Shown here: positions 37,055-46,277 of the stretch, piece after piece | Layout of the letters: every line of letters starts with the position of its first letter | How positions within the stretch are numbered: position 1 is the stretch's first letter | From: a virus | Lineage: Duplodnaviria; Caudoviricetes | Virus record (IMG/VR): IMGVR_UViG_3300028804_000002 | Coordinates: 84,086-148,085 of that record | Length of the DNA stretch: 64,000 bases | Reading direction: 5' to 3' (one strand) | Position numbers and translations under genes: made by a program | The notes under the pieces: model-generated | The model's input: the letters and a program-made list of their open reading frames with translations, nothing else | Told to the model about the DNA's origin: nothing | The model's database searches: none

Positions 37055-37249
37055 ATGACTATTAGAATAGAAGGATGTCATATAAAAGCTAGATCGATAG
37101 ATGAATTAAATAGATTTGCTAAAGATATGGGAGTATCTAAATGTTGGTACTCTTCAGATCCAGAGCCACACTATCAAGTTATTTGTGTACATACTATGGA
37201 AAAAATTGAAAAGTTTTTAGAAAAAAAGAATAAAAAAAGACATAATTAA
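37055..37249 (+). CDS. DUF4031-like protein
   Basis: CH..A.S.DEL..FA..MG....W......PHY. Confidence 0.6.
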   Translation: MTIRIEGCHIKARSIDELNRFAKDMGVSKCWYSSDPEPHYQVICVHTMEKIEKFLEKKNKKRHN

Positions 37250-37281
37250 TTTGGTAAATTAAAATGTTTGTCGTACCTTTG
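37250..37281 (+). promoter_or_regulatory. Primary-sigma promoter TTTG-N20-TACCTTTG
   Basis: Canonical; ATG 37286 is 4 nt downstream. Confidence 0.85.
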
Positions 37282-37285
37282 CATC

Positions 37286-37642
37286 ATGACAAACATAAAA
37301 AGACTATATAGTAACTTACCAGAAGAAATTAAGAATGTTCTTTTTATATCAGAAGGATGGTTAGTTGGAAGTTCAATTAGAGATATCTTAATTCATGAAG
37401 CACATCCAAAAGATTATGATATTTTGGTACCTTCAAGAGAATTATTTCAGATAGTATGTAGTACATTAAAACAGTATCCAATAAAAATTAATACGTTTGG
37501 GGGACTTAAAGTCCAACTACCATATACAGAACTTGATATATGGGTAGAAGAGTTAAGTCATTTCATAACTACAGCAAGTGTATTTGATTATGCTTATAAT
37601 TTGAAAAGAAATAAATTAATTAAAAACAACGAACAAATATGA
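37286..37642 (+). CDS. Minimal nucleotidyltransferase (CCA-adding/poly(A) polymerase head-like)
   Basis: WLVGSSIRD...PKDYDILV, NTFGG. Confidence 0.7.
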   Translation: MTNIKRLYSNLPEEIKNVLFISEGWLVGSSIRDILIHEAHPKDYDILVPSRELFQIVCSTLKQYPIKINTFGGLKVQLPYTELDIWVEELSHFITTASVFDYAYNLKRNKLIKNNEQI

Positions 37643-37824
37643 AAAAAGCAGTAATTAAAAGAGTAAGTCACGGTAAACTAAAAGGTCAATATAGATTTAT
37701 ATTAGTAGCAGCTAATGGAGAACCAATTGCTACATCAGAAACTTATACTCAGAAACATAATGTAACAGAATTACTTGCTACACATTTCAGTGACTTTGAA
37801 GTAGTAGATAAAACCAAAGAATAA
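37639..37824 (+). CDS. YegP/DUF1508 family protein
   Basis: GQYRFILVAANGEPIATSETY. Confidence 0.8.
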   Translation: MKKAVIKRVSHGKLKGQYRFILVAANGEPIATSETYTQKHNVTELLATHFSDFEVVDKTKE

Positions 37825-38606
37825 TGAATATAAAAAAATATTTCACAATTAAAAATATTATAGGAGTTGGAATAATTATAGGATTAATAATAACTCTTTT
37901 CTCAGTAGATAGTTGCAGAAGAAATCAATTATCTGCTAATAGAGCAACCATAGATAGTATGACTTTAGCTAATCAAGAGTTAGTTAAGACTGTAAATAAG
38001 CAAGGAGATACTATAGTAAAACAGCAAGTTATTATAACTGATGATCAAGAAGCTTTAAAAAAATTAGCTTTGGACGTATTTGATTTAAAGAAAAGTGAAG
38101 AGAAACGTATTAAACAAATTGATGCTCTTATTCGTATTAAATCATCTACCAGAATAGATTCAGTAGAAGTAGCTTATGTAGATAAAGAAGAAAGAAAAAG
38201 ATTCTCTGATAGTGTAGAGAAAGCTTGTGCTGATGTAATAGCTTATTACGATACTAATTATATAAAAGTACCTAAACAAGTTTCTATAGATAGTAATCAG
38301 AATAAAGACTTTCAATTTGGAGGTACAGTAAAAAAAGATAAATTTGTGATAGATTCTGTTATATTTCCAAATAAACAAGATATAATTGTAGTAGAAACTG
38401 GAGGTTGGTTTAAACGAGATATAAATAAGAAATTTCATATATTTCAGAAAAGAAAAATGGAAATATTTGTTAAGAATAGTAATAAGTATGTTCATGTGAA
38501 TGGAATGAATTCTATTATTTATAAACCAAAACCAAAGGCTAGATGGCTTGAAAGATTAGGATTATTTGGAGTAGGAGTTGCAGCTACAGCGTTAATTTTA
38601 AAATAA
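37824..38606 (+). CDS. Membrane protein with coiled coil (spanin-like)
   Basis: N-terminal TM, coiled coil, C-terminal hydrophobic segment. Confidence 0.45.
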   Translation: MNIKKYFTIKNIIGVGIIIGLIITLFSVDSCRRNQLSANRATIDSMTLANQELVKTVNKQGDTIVKQQVIITDDQEALKKLALDVFDLKKSEEKRIKQIDALIRIKSSTRIDSVEVAYVDKEERKRFSDSVEKACADVIAYYDTNYIKVPKQVSIDSNQNKDFQFGGTVKKDKFVIDSVIFPNKQDIIVVETGGWFKRDINKKFHIFQKRKMEIFVKNSNKYVHVNGMNSIIYKPKPKARWLERLGLFGVGVAATALILK

Positions 38607-38611
38607 AACCA

Positions 38612-39601
38612 ATGAATAAAGAAGAAAAATTAAAAGCAATTAAAGAACTTAAAGAAAAGATCAATAAAGATTTTGGAAAAGGTTCACTTATATCTCTTGG
38701 AGAGAAACCAGAAGAATTAGATGTTATATCTACAGGTTCATTAGGACTTGATATGGCTCTTGGGGTAAATGGTTTACCTAAGGGTAGAGTAATAGAAATT
38801 TATGGTCCAGAATCTTCTGGTAAGACTACAATAGCTATTCATGCTATGGCTGAATGTCAGAAACAAGGTGGTATATGTGCCTTTATAGATGTTGAACATG
38901 CATTTGATAGAGAGTATGCAGCAAATCTTGGAGTTAATATAGATGAAGTAGAACTTTGTCAACCAGATTATGGTGAACAAGCTTTAGAAATTGCAGATAG
39001 ATTAATAGCTTCAGGTGCATTTGATCTTGTAGTTATAGATTCAGTTGCTGCACTTGTACCTAAAGCTGAATTGGAAGGAGAAATGGGAGATTCTAAAATG
39101 GGCCTACATGCTAGACTTATGAGTCAAGCTTTACGTAAAATGACAGCTACTATTTCTAAAACTAATACTTGTGTAATTTTTATTAATCAATTACGTGAAA
39201 AAATTGGTGTAATGTTTGGTAATCCTGAAACTACTACTGGTGGCAATGCACTGAAATTCTATGCTACAGTTAGACTTGATGTACGCAGAAGTATAACTAC
39301 AGCTAACTCAGTGATGAATGGAGAGATTAAAATTGGTAATGAAACTACAGTTAAAGTTATTAAAAATAAAGTAGCTCCACCATTTTTAACAACTAAATTT
39401 GATATTTTATATGGAACTGGAATAGATAAAGTAGGAGAAATTGTAGATATAGGAGTAGATAAAGAAATATTAACTAAATCAGGTTCATGGTATTCATATA
39501 AAGAAGCCAAGATAGGACAAGGTCGTGATTCAATACGTAAACTTTTACTTGATAATCCAGAACTTGCATTAGAAATAGAAACTCAAATTAAACACAAATG
39601 A
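38612..39601 (+). CDS. recA: RecA recombinase
   Basis: [46 protein letters not shown]. Confidence 0.98.
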   Translation: MNKEEKLKAIKELKEKINKDFGKGSLISLGEKPEELDVISTGSLGLDMALGVNGLPKGRVIEIYGPESSGKTTIAIHAMAECQKQGGICAFIDVEHAFDREYAANLGVNIDEVELCQPDYGEQALEIADRLIASGAFDLVVIDSVAALVPKAELEGEMGDSKMGLHARLMSQALRKMTATISKTNTCVIFINQLREKIGVMFGNPETTTGGNALKFYATVRLDVRRSITTANSVMNGEIKIGNETTVKVIKNKVAPPFLTTKFDILYGTGIDKVGEIVDIGVDKEILTKSGSWYSYKEAKIGQGRDSIRKLLLDNPELALEIETQIKHK

Positions 39602-39764
39602 ATAAATATTATATAGTTACAAATGAATTAGCAGAAATTTTACATACTCTTAATTATATTAAAATTAAGAAATTAGAAACTGATTCAGCTATAGTATATA
39701 CAGAATTAACATTAGAAGAATTAAAAGAATATATAAAACAAATACCACCAAAAATTCCATATTA

Positions 39765-40091
39765 ATGACAAGAGAACAACAATTAAAGATATTCGATGAA
39801 ATTACGAAGAAAGCTAGAGAGATTTTACAGAAAAAAGGTAATGATTATGCAAATGAAGATGTACTATCTAATTTTAAATTGGCAGGATCCATATGTGGAC
39901 TTAGTCCGGAGATTAATTGTTTATCTCTTATCGCAACTAAAGTAGCTAGACTAGGGGTACTTTTAAATTCTATAAAAGAACCAGAAAATGAATCTATTAA
40001 AGACTCAATGATAGATTTAAATGTGTATTCATTTTTGTTAATATGTTTAGAATTAGATAAATATAAAATATTAGAAAATCATGCGAATTAA
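39765..40091 (+). CDS. DUF1599/Nmad1-like all-alpha nucleotide pyrophosphatase-fold protein
   Basis: KKGNDYA...NF...KVARL...ESIKDSMIDL. Confidence 0.6.
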   Translation: MTREQQLKIFDEITKKAREILQKKGNDYANEDVLSNFKLAGSICGLSPEINCLSLIATKVARLGVLLNSIKEPENESIKDSMIDLNVYSFLLICLELDKYKILENHAN

Positions 40092-40558
40092 ATTACTACA
40101 GTTTAACTGGTTCTATATTAGATTAGATATAACGTTTTTAGATGGATTAAATTCTTTATTAGGATTATCATATTGTGAAGGTGAATATGTTGCTTGTACT
40201 GATAGAACTTTACAAGATTGTAAAAATTTCTCATATAGTGAATTTCAGATTGGATTTATATTTCTTACACTTGCGTTTGGTAAAGAATTAGAAAGTGGCG
40301 AATATAATAAAAGCTAATAAATTATATACATTTGGTGGAGAAAATCATGAAAAACAGATTTTACTTACTAAAGAAGAAATAATAAAAGAATTAATTAAAT
40401 TTCCAGCTATCTCAATGAAAGGTCATAGAGATGAAGTTATAGAAATAGATACAGAAGTAAATCCTCCAGTATTTAAATGGAAAATAAATTATCTTAATAA
40501 TATGGATCAGTATTCTCTTTCAATTCTTAGAGATTTTGCTAAAAATAGAAATAAGTAA
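40081..40558 (+). CDS. Two hypothetical proteins (40081-40317, 40295-40558)
   Basis: ORF track. Confidence 0.5.
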
Positions 40559-40559
40559 T

Positions 40560-40606
40560 TAATTTTAAAAATTAATTGGTAAAGTAAAATAAATTTTATA
40601 TATTAA
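40560..40606 (+). promoter_or_regulatory. Class-2 promoter with upstream palindrome TAATTTT-A-AAAATTA
   Basis: ATTG-N20-TATATTAA; same 15-mer at 49080 and 62948. Confidence 0.65.
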
Positions 40607-40622
40607 TTATAAATAAATCATT

Positions 40623-40802
40623 ATGAATGTATCATTAAATGAGGAGTACTATTTAGAAAAACAAGTAGAACTTGAAATAGAAGCCCTTAAATATCAAAAG
40701 AAACAATTGGATATTCAGAAGAAACAAATAGATTTACGTTTAGAAATTTTAGAAGAAAACAGAGAACAAATAGCTTTGAATAAAGCAAATAGAAACCAAT
40801 AA
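40623..40802 (+). CDS. Small coiled-coil protein (59 aa), absent from ORF track
   Basis: MNVSLNEEYYLEKQVELEIEALK... Confidence 0.5.
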   Translation: MNVSLNEEYYLEKQVELEIEALKYQKKQLDIQKKQIDLRLEILEENREQIALNKANRNQ

Positions 40803-41152
40803 TGCCTAGTTTAGTAAAAACCATATTGAAATTTCCGTGTAAAGAGGATGCCTTAAAATTGCACCTATTGGCGGTCACAATGGAGGAAGGTATTAAATTA
40901 TCCCTTGGAGATATTGATGTAATAATAGAGATCTACCAAAATGGTTATAATAAAGATACCTTCCAAAATTGTGTTGATAAAGGTTATTATAAATCTGAAC
41001 AAACAGTTCGTAATTCTGTAGCTAAATCAACTAAATATAACATTTTATTAAAGACGAGAGGTAATAGAAGAATAAATCCAAAATTTCTACCAGCAATAGA
41101 AGATGATTTAATATTTAACTACCAAGTATACTATGATAATACCCAACCATAA
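40802..41152 (+). CDS. Putative winged-helix DNA-binding protein
   Basis: SEQTVRNSVAK...INPKF. Confidence 0.5.
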   Translation: MPSLVKTILKFPCKEDALKLHLLAVTMEEGIKLSLGDIDVIIEIYQNGYNKDTFQNCVDKGYYKSEQTVRNSVAKSTKYNILLKTRGNRRINPKFLPAIEDDLIFNYQVYYDNTQP

Positions 41153-41534
41153 GAATATATATAAGACTGTAGCAGAAAAATATAATCTTAATCTAGAACT
41201 TGTTGAAAAAATAGGATCCTTTACTTGGGGAGATTTAAATGAAAGAATTTCAGATTTTAAGAATAGAGAAATCTATATGTATAAATTAGGAGTCTGGAAG
41301 TTTAGAAAAATAAAAGGTCAAAAATATGTAGATTATCTTAGAAAAGAAATAAGTGTTATAAGAAAGAATCCAAATTTATCAGATAAAGATAAAGAAAAAC
41401 TAATAGCCAGAATAACAGATAAGATAACCAAACTTGTGAAATTATTAAAAGAATGGGAAGAAATAATAGAACAAAGAAATCAATTCAAGAATGAACAAAA
41501 TCAAAATATCAGAAATATTTCAGAACAGAAGTAA
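41133..41534 (+). CDS. HU/IHF-like protein
   Basis: IYKTVAEKYNL...IYMYKLGVWKF pattern. Confidence 0.5.
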   Translation: MIIPNHKNIYKTVAEKYNLNLELVEKIGSFTWGDLNERISDFKNREIYMYKLGVWKFRKIKGQKYVDYLRKEISVIRKNPNLSDKDKEKLIARITDKITKLVKLLKEWEEIIEQRNQFKNEQNQNIRNISEQK

Positions 41535-41838
41535 AATATGGGAAGGTCTTAGAAATAAGATGTTCAAAAAAGAACATGTTGAAGAAATCTATGAAGAAAG
41601 ATTAAAGATCTGCAAAGATTGTGAATGTTATGATACTGTTGGAACTGGCTGTTCTTTAAAAGGTACACAACCTTGTTGTAATGTAAAGCTAGGTGGTTGT
41701 GGTTGTTCATTGAGTATTAAATTGAGAAGCTTATCTACTGATTGTCCTAAGAAAAAATGGCTCGCAGTAACTTCTGATCAAGATGAAAAAATGATTAAAA
41801 GTCAAATTGAAGAGAATGAAACCAAGAACAAGCTATAA
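41491..41838 (+). CDS. Cys-rich Zn-binding protein
   Basis: ERLKICKDC...CGC...CPKKKW. Confidence 0.6.
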   Translation: MNKIKISEIFQNRSKIWEGLRNKMFKKEHVEEIYEERLKICKDCECYDTVGTGCSLKGTQPCCNVKLGGCGCSLSIKLRSLSTDCPKKKWLAVTSDQDEKMIKSQIEENETKNKL

Positions 41839-42184
41839 TCAAATAGAATTTTTTGTAGTAGAACCAGTTTTTAAAACTCTTAGAAGAGATTTAAAAATTA
41901 ATGGTAAATTTGTTAAAGACAATTATGGAAATAAGGTAAAAGAAGAAAAAGATGAATTTATTAAAGAAATTTATCTTAGAAAATGGATGGATAAAAGAGA
42001 TATTTCAATGTATGGACAGTTTATAGGATCAAAAGGTGAAATAAATAAGTCTAGAAGTGAAATATATAATAAATCAATAGGTAAATTTTATGTTGTTGCG
42101 CATAATGTAGAAGAAATTAAACAAGTACTTCAATCAGAAATAAGAATAGGAGTAGGATTTAAACCAACAGACGATGACATTTAA
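41807..42184 (+). CDS. Hypothetical protein
   Basis: ORF track. Confidence 0.55.
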   Translation: MKRMKPRTSYNQIEFFVVEPVFKTLRRDLKINGKFVKDNYGNKVKEEKDEFIKEIYLRKWMDKRDISMYGQFIGSKGEINKSRSEIYNKSIGKFYVVAHNVEEIKQVLQSEIRIGVGFKPTDDDI

Positions 42185-42929
42185 AGAAAAGAATCATACA
42201 TACATGTCCACTGAGGGAGATATTTATATAAGTGGAACATCTTTTATTAAAAAGTTTTGTAAACCTTTTGATAGAATTAAAATAGGTACTAAATATGCTA
42301 AGAAAAATAAAAAAACTTTAGAAGAAGTACTTGAAGAATGGGATAAACTTGGTGCAGAAGCAATAGAAAAAGGTATTGCTTATCATAAAATGAAAGAAGA
42401 AGAACTATTAAGTTCTAAAGATATTATGATAGAAAATGAAGTACATTTTATATATCCTCCAGAATATGTAGATGGAGATAAAGTTAATAATTCTTTAAAA
42501 TTAGAACCAGGTGTTTATCCGGAACTTATTGTTTGGTCTGATCGTTACCGTATTGCTGGTCAAGCTGATTATGTTGAAATTACTAAGAGTGGTAAAATCA
42601 ATATTAAAGATTATAAAACAAGTAAGGAGATTAAATTAGAATCATTTACAGATTGGAAAGGTCAACATCAAATGATGTCTTTTCCATTTAATAATCTACA
42701 AGATTGTAATTTTAATCATTATGCTCTTCAGTTAAATTTATATGCTTATTTAATAAAATCTCATAATAGAGATTTAGAAATAGGTAATCTTAAAATAGAA
42801 CATATAGTTGGAGAATATAATAAAGAGGCAGAAACATTTAATATAGAAACCATAAACCAATACATTGTTCCAAATTTACAAGATGAAATAAAAGTAGGAT
42901 TGGAATATTGGAAAAATAAAGATATATAA
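42174..42929 (+). CDS. PD-(D/E)XK (Cas4/RecB-like) nuclease
   Basis: G.AYH, PELIV, IAGQAD, IKDYKT, YALQLNLY. Confidence 0.85.
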   Translation: MTFKEKNHTYMSTEGDIYISGTSFIKKFCKPFDRIKIGTKYAKKNKKTLEEVLEEWDKLGAEAIEKGIAYHKMKEEELLSSKDIMIENEVHFIYPPEYVDGDKVNNSLKLEPGVYPELIVWSDRYRIAGQADYVEITKSGKINIKDYKTSKEIKLESFTDWKGQHQMMSFPFNNLQDCNFNHYALQLNLYAYLIKSHNRDLEIGNLKIEHIVGEYNKEAETFNIETINQYIVPNLQDEIKVGLEYWKNKDI

Positions 42930-43447
42930 TGGCAATAAGATTATTCGATATTGAAGGTGGTAAAGTAAAAGCTACAGAGCATTGTTATACCATTGAAACT
43001 TTTAGAAAAATAATAGAAGAATATCCTGAAGATTATAACAGGATATTTGCATTTTTTCACTATATGTCATCTTTAGATGATAGAGATAATCCATTTGCGA
43101 ATACTCCAGAAGCTGATAAAGAAACTTTAATACTTAAAGAAGTTGGAGGCAAATTTTCAGTAGAAGAAGAACTTATTTATAAGGGATTAGAACTAACAAA
43201 GAAAATGTATGAAACTACAACATATTATGCTTATCTTTCAATTAAAATAGCTCTAGAAAAATTAGGTAAATATATGAGACAAATGCAAATTACAGATGGT
43301 AGAGATGGTAATATAGGTGATATTCTTAGAACTGCTGAGAAATATGATAATATCTGTAAGTCTTTTGAAGCTAGATATAAAGCTTTTAAAGAAGAGAATT
43401 CTACAACCTCACGTGGTGGTCAGGATATCTCTTATGATCAAATGTAA
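42929..43447 (+). CDS. Conserved crAss-like protein upstream of terminase (possible small subunit)
   Basis: ITDGRDGNI, C-terminal RGGQDISYDQ; position. Confidence 0.5.
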   Translation: MAIRLFDIEGGKVKATEHCYTIETFRKIIEEYPEDYNRIFAFFHYMSSLDDRDNPFANTPEADKETLILKEVGGKFSVEEELIYKGLELTKKMYETTTYYAYLSIKIALEKLGKYMRQMQITDGRDGNIGDILRTAEKYDNICKSFEARYKAFKEENSTTSRGGQDISYDQM

Positions 43448-43916
43448 TGGAAACATATCAAGATTTAGAACAAGAAGCAATAAATAAGAAAACCAATATG
43501 TTAAGAAAGGATAAATTATACGGATGGATATTTCATTTTAATCCATTCAGAAATAAATGGGAGGCGGTTCATAGAGATCATTATAATGAACTATTTAGTG
43601 GAGGTTCTAATGTATTACGTAATAGTTCATTAGAAGTTCTTAAACATCAAATAGTAAGTAAATGATGTTACAATTAAATCCAACTATAGATGTTAATACT
43701 CCTAATGGTGATGGAGAAGCAATTATAGTAATAGATTATGGAATTAATACAAATACTGTGTGGATAGTAAGACATGATGGAGGTAAAATATTACATTACT
43801 ATAGTGATGACATAAGAGTATATGATAATCCAATGAATGGTAAAGGTTGGAATATAGAAAAATTTAAATTTAATGACAGAACCAAAATATCAAATAGGAG
43901 ACAAAATAAAAAATAG
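43447..43916 (+). CDS. Two hypothetical proteins (43447-43665, 43662-43916)
   Basis: ORF track. Confidence 0.5.
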
Positions 43917-44036
43917 AAATGGGCATTCAGGTAATATATTTAGGATATATTTTAACGAAGTTAGTAAAGAATGGGTATATTTTATCTCAGATAAAAAAGG
44001 ACTAGTACAAGCAGCAATTAAAGAATCAAATATTGT

Positions 44037-46277
44037 ATGATATATAAATCAGTACCAACATTTAATAGTGAAACCAAAGAATGGACTTATACTAACTTTG
44101 AAACAAGAGAAGAGTTTAAAAAATTTGTATGGAGTAAATTCAAAAAACCTGGAGAGTTAAAATTAAAAAATATCTGGGCTTGGAGACAAGAAGCTTCTAA
44201 ATATGAAAGAGATGGATCTTATGATCTTAATATGGTTACAAGATCTGCAGATTATGTAGCTCATTGGAATTTCGAGAAGGAAAAGTGTACAGAAGGAGTT
44301 ATTGTAGATGATTTCTATTTAACTAGATATTATTATTTTTGGTTAAATTATCTTCCAATTAATGATAAAAGGATTAATAAACTTGTATTTCCAAATATTT
44401 GGGATAGTCAATATTATTTTTTTCTATATGAAATACTTTGTGAATTAGAATATAAATATAGTGTAATAGTTAAAAAACGTCAATGGGGTTCTACATTTCA
44501 ACATTTAGCAATACTTCTTAATGATATTTGGTTTGAAACAGGTTTTATCAACAAAGTAGCAGCATATGACGAAGAATATCTTATAGCTGATTGGGCTATT
44601 ATGGAAGAATATAGAACATTCTTAAATACTCATACAGCATGGTATCGTCCATTTAATCCAGATAAAACATTAAATTGGCAACAGCGTTGGGAAGTTAAGA
44701 AAGGAGGTAGAAAATCTTATGTTGGTAATAGTTCTATTTTAAAAGGGCTTAATATGAAAGCCAGTGCATCTAAAGGTGTTGGTGGTAAAAATAATAAATT
44801 TTATTATGAAGAAGCAGGTATTACCAAAACTATGATTAAAACGTTTGGTTATATTGATCCTGCATTAAAATTAGGTGCTTTAACAACAGGTATGTTTATG
44901 GCTGGAGGTTCAGTAGGTGAACTTGAACAATGTGAGGATCTAAAAGCAATGGCCTTTAAACCAAATGGTTTTAATATACTTCCAGTAAAGAACGATTTTG
45001 AAAATGAAGGTGGCTCAGAAGATATATGTTTTTTTGTACCTGAATATTGGAGTATGCCACCTTATATAGATAAGAATGGTAATTCAATTATAAATACTCC
45101 TACAGAAGAAGAAAGTGAATGGCTTAAACAACACATAGATGAGTATCCTAATATAGATCCTAATGTTGGTAGTAAAGATTGGTGTATACAAGAAAGAGAA
45201 CGTATTAAAGAAACTATGCCTCCTGAAGGTTATAGAATGTATGTATCTCAGCATCCTTTTAATTTAAATGAGGCTTTCGCTTGGAGAGCTGAATCTGTAT
45301 TTCCACAAGATCTTATTCTTAAACAACAAGAAAGAATTAAAGAAAAAAACAATTATGGTACATCTGTTACATTAGAATATGATTCTAATGGAAATATAAT
45401 TCCAAGAATTACAGATGATTTACCTATACAACATTTTCCAGTAAGTGAGAAAGACAATAAAAAAGGTACAGTAATAGTTTATGAATATCCGGAACCTAAT
45501 CCAAAATGGATGACCTATTTTGCTGGAATTGACCCTGTTATGATAGGTAAAACAACTACATCAACATCTTTATTTTCAATTTATATATTTAGAAATCTTA
45601 CTGAAAGAATCTACGAAGAGAAAGGAGAACAAAAACTTAAAGTAGATGGATATAAGATTGTAGCATCATATGTAGGACGTTATGATGATTTAAAAAATAC
45701 CAATAAAATAGCTGAGATGTTACTTGTTTGGTATAATGCATTAGCTGCTGTAGAAAACAACGTAATGTCATTTATTAATCATATGCAAGAAAGAGGATTG
45801 CAAAAACATCTTGCAACCAAAGATCAATTATCATTTGTAAGTGAATTAAAAACTAATCTTAATGTATATTGTCCTTATGGATTTAAAACCAACGAGACTA
45901 TTAGAGGATATTTTATAGATATAGTTTTTGAATATATATCTGAGAAATTAGATCAAATAAAAAAGAAAGGTACAGATGAAGTTGTTAAAACAATTTATGG
46001 TATAGAAAGAATACCAGATTTAATGTTACTAGAAGAATTACGTCAGTATCATGATAAATTAAATGTTGATAGATTTATTGCATTTGCAGCCGGTCTTGCT
46101 CTTATGAAAGCCTATAAAAAATCTAATTTGGGTATATTAAGAATAGACGAAACCAAAAAAGAAGAACCAAAAATTGATTATGAAGTGAAGAAATCTTTTT
46201 TTAGGAATTATGGTTACGAAAATTCAATACCTTTAGAAAATAAAATAAAACGAACATACTTTAAAAATTACGTATAA
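44037..46277 (+). CDS. terL: Terminase large subunit
   Basis: VKKRQWGST Walker A variant, YEEAG Walker B, AGIDP nuclease motif, VENN, NVDR. Confidence 0.9.
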   Translation: MIYKSVPTFNSETKEWTYTNFETREEFKKFVWSKFKKPGELKLKNIWAWRQEASKYERDGSYDLNMVTRSADYVAHWNFEKEKCTEGVIVDDFYLTRYYYFWLNYLPINDKRINKLVFPNIWDSQYYFFLYEILCELEYKYSVIVKKRQWGSTFQHLAILLNDIWFETGFINKVAAYDEEYLIADWAIMEEYRTFLNTHTAWYRPFNPDKTLNWQQRWEVKKGGRKSYVGNSSILKGLNMKASASKGVGGKNNKFYYEEAGITKTMIKTFGYIDPALKLGALTTGMFMAGGSVGELEQCEDLKAMAFKPNGFNILPVKNDFENEGGSEDICFFVPEYWSMPPYIDKNGNSIINTPTEEESEWLKQHIDEYPNIDPNVGSKDWCIQERERIKETMPPEGYRMYVSQHPFNLNEAFAWRAESVFPQDLILKQQERIKEKNNYGTSVTLEYDSNGNIIPRITDDLPIQHFPVSEKDNKKGTVIVYEYPEPNPKWMTYFAGIDPVMIGKTTTSTSLFSIYIFRNLTERIYEEKGEQKLKVDGYKIVASYVGRYDDLKNTNKIAEMLLVWYNALAAVENNVMSFINHMQERGLQKHLATKDQLSFVSELKTNLNVYCPYGFKTNETIRGYFIDIVFEYISEKLDQIKKKGTDEVVKTIYGIERIPDLMLLEELRQYHDKLNVDRFIAFAAGLALMKAYKKSNLGILRIDETKKEEPKIDYEVKKSFFRNYGYENSIPLENKIKRTYFKNYV

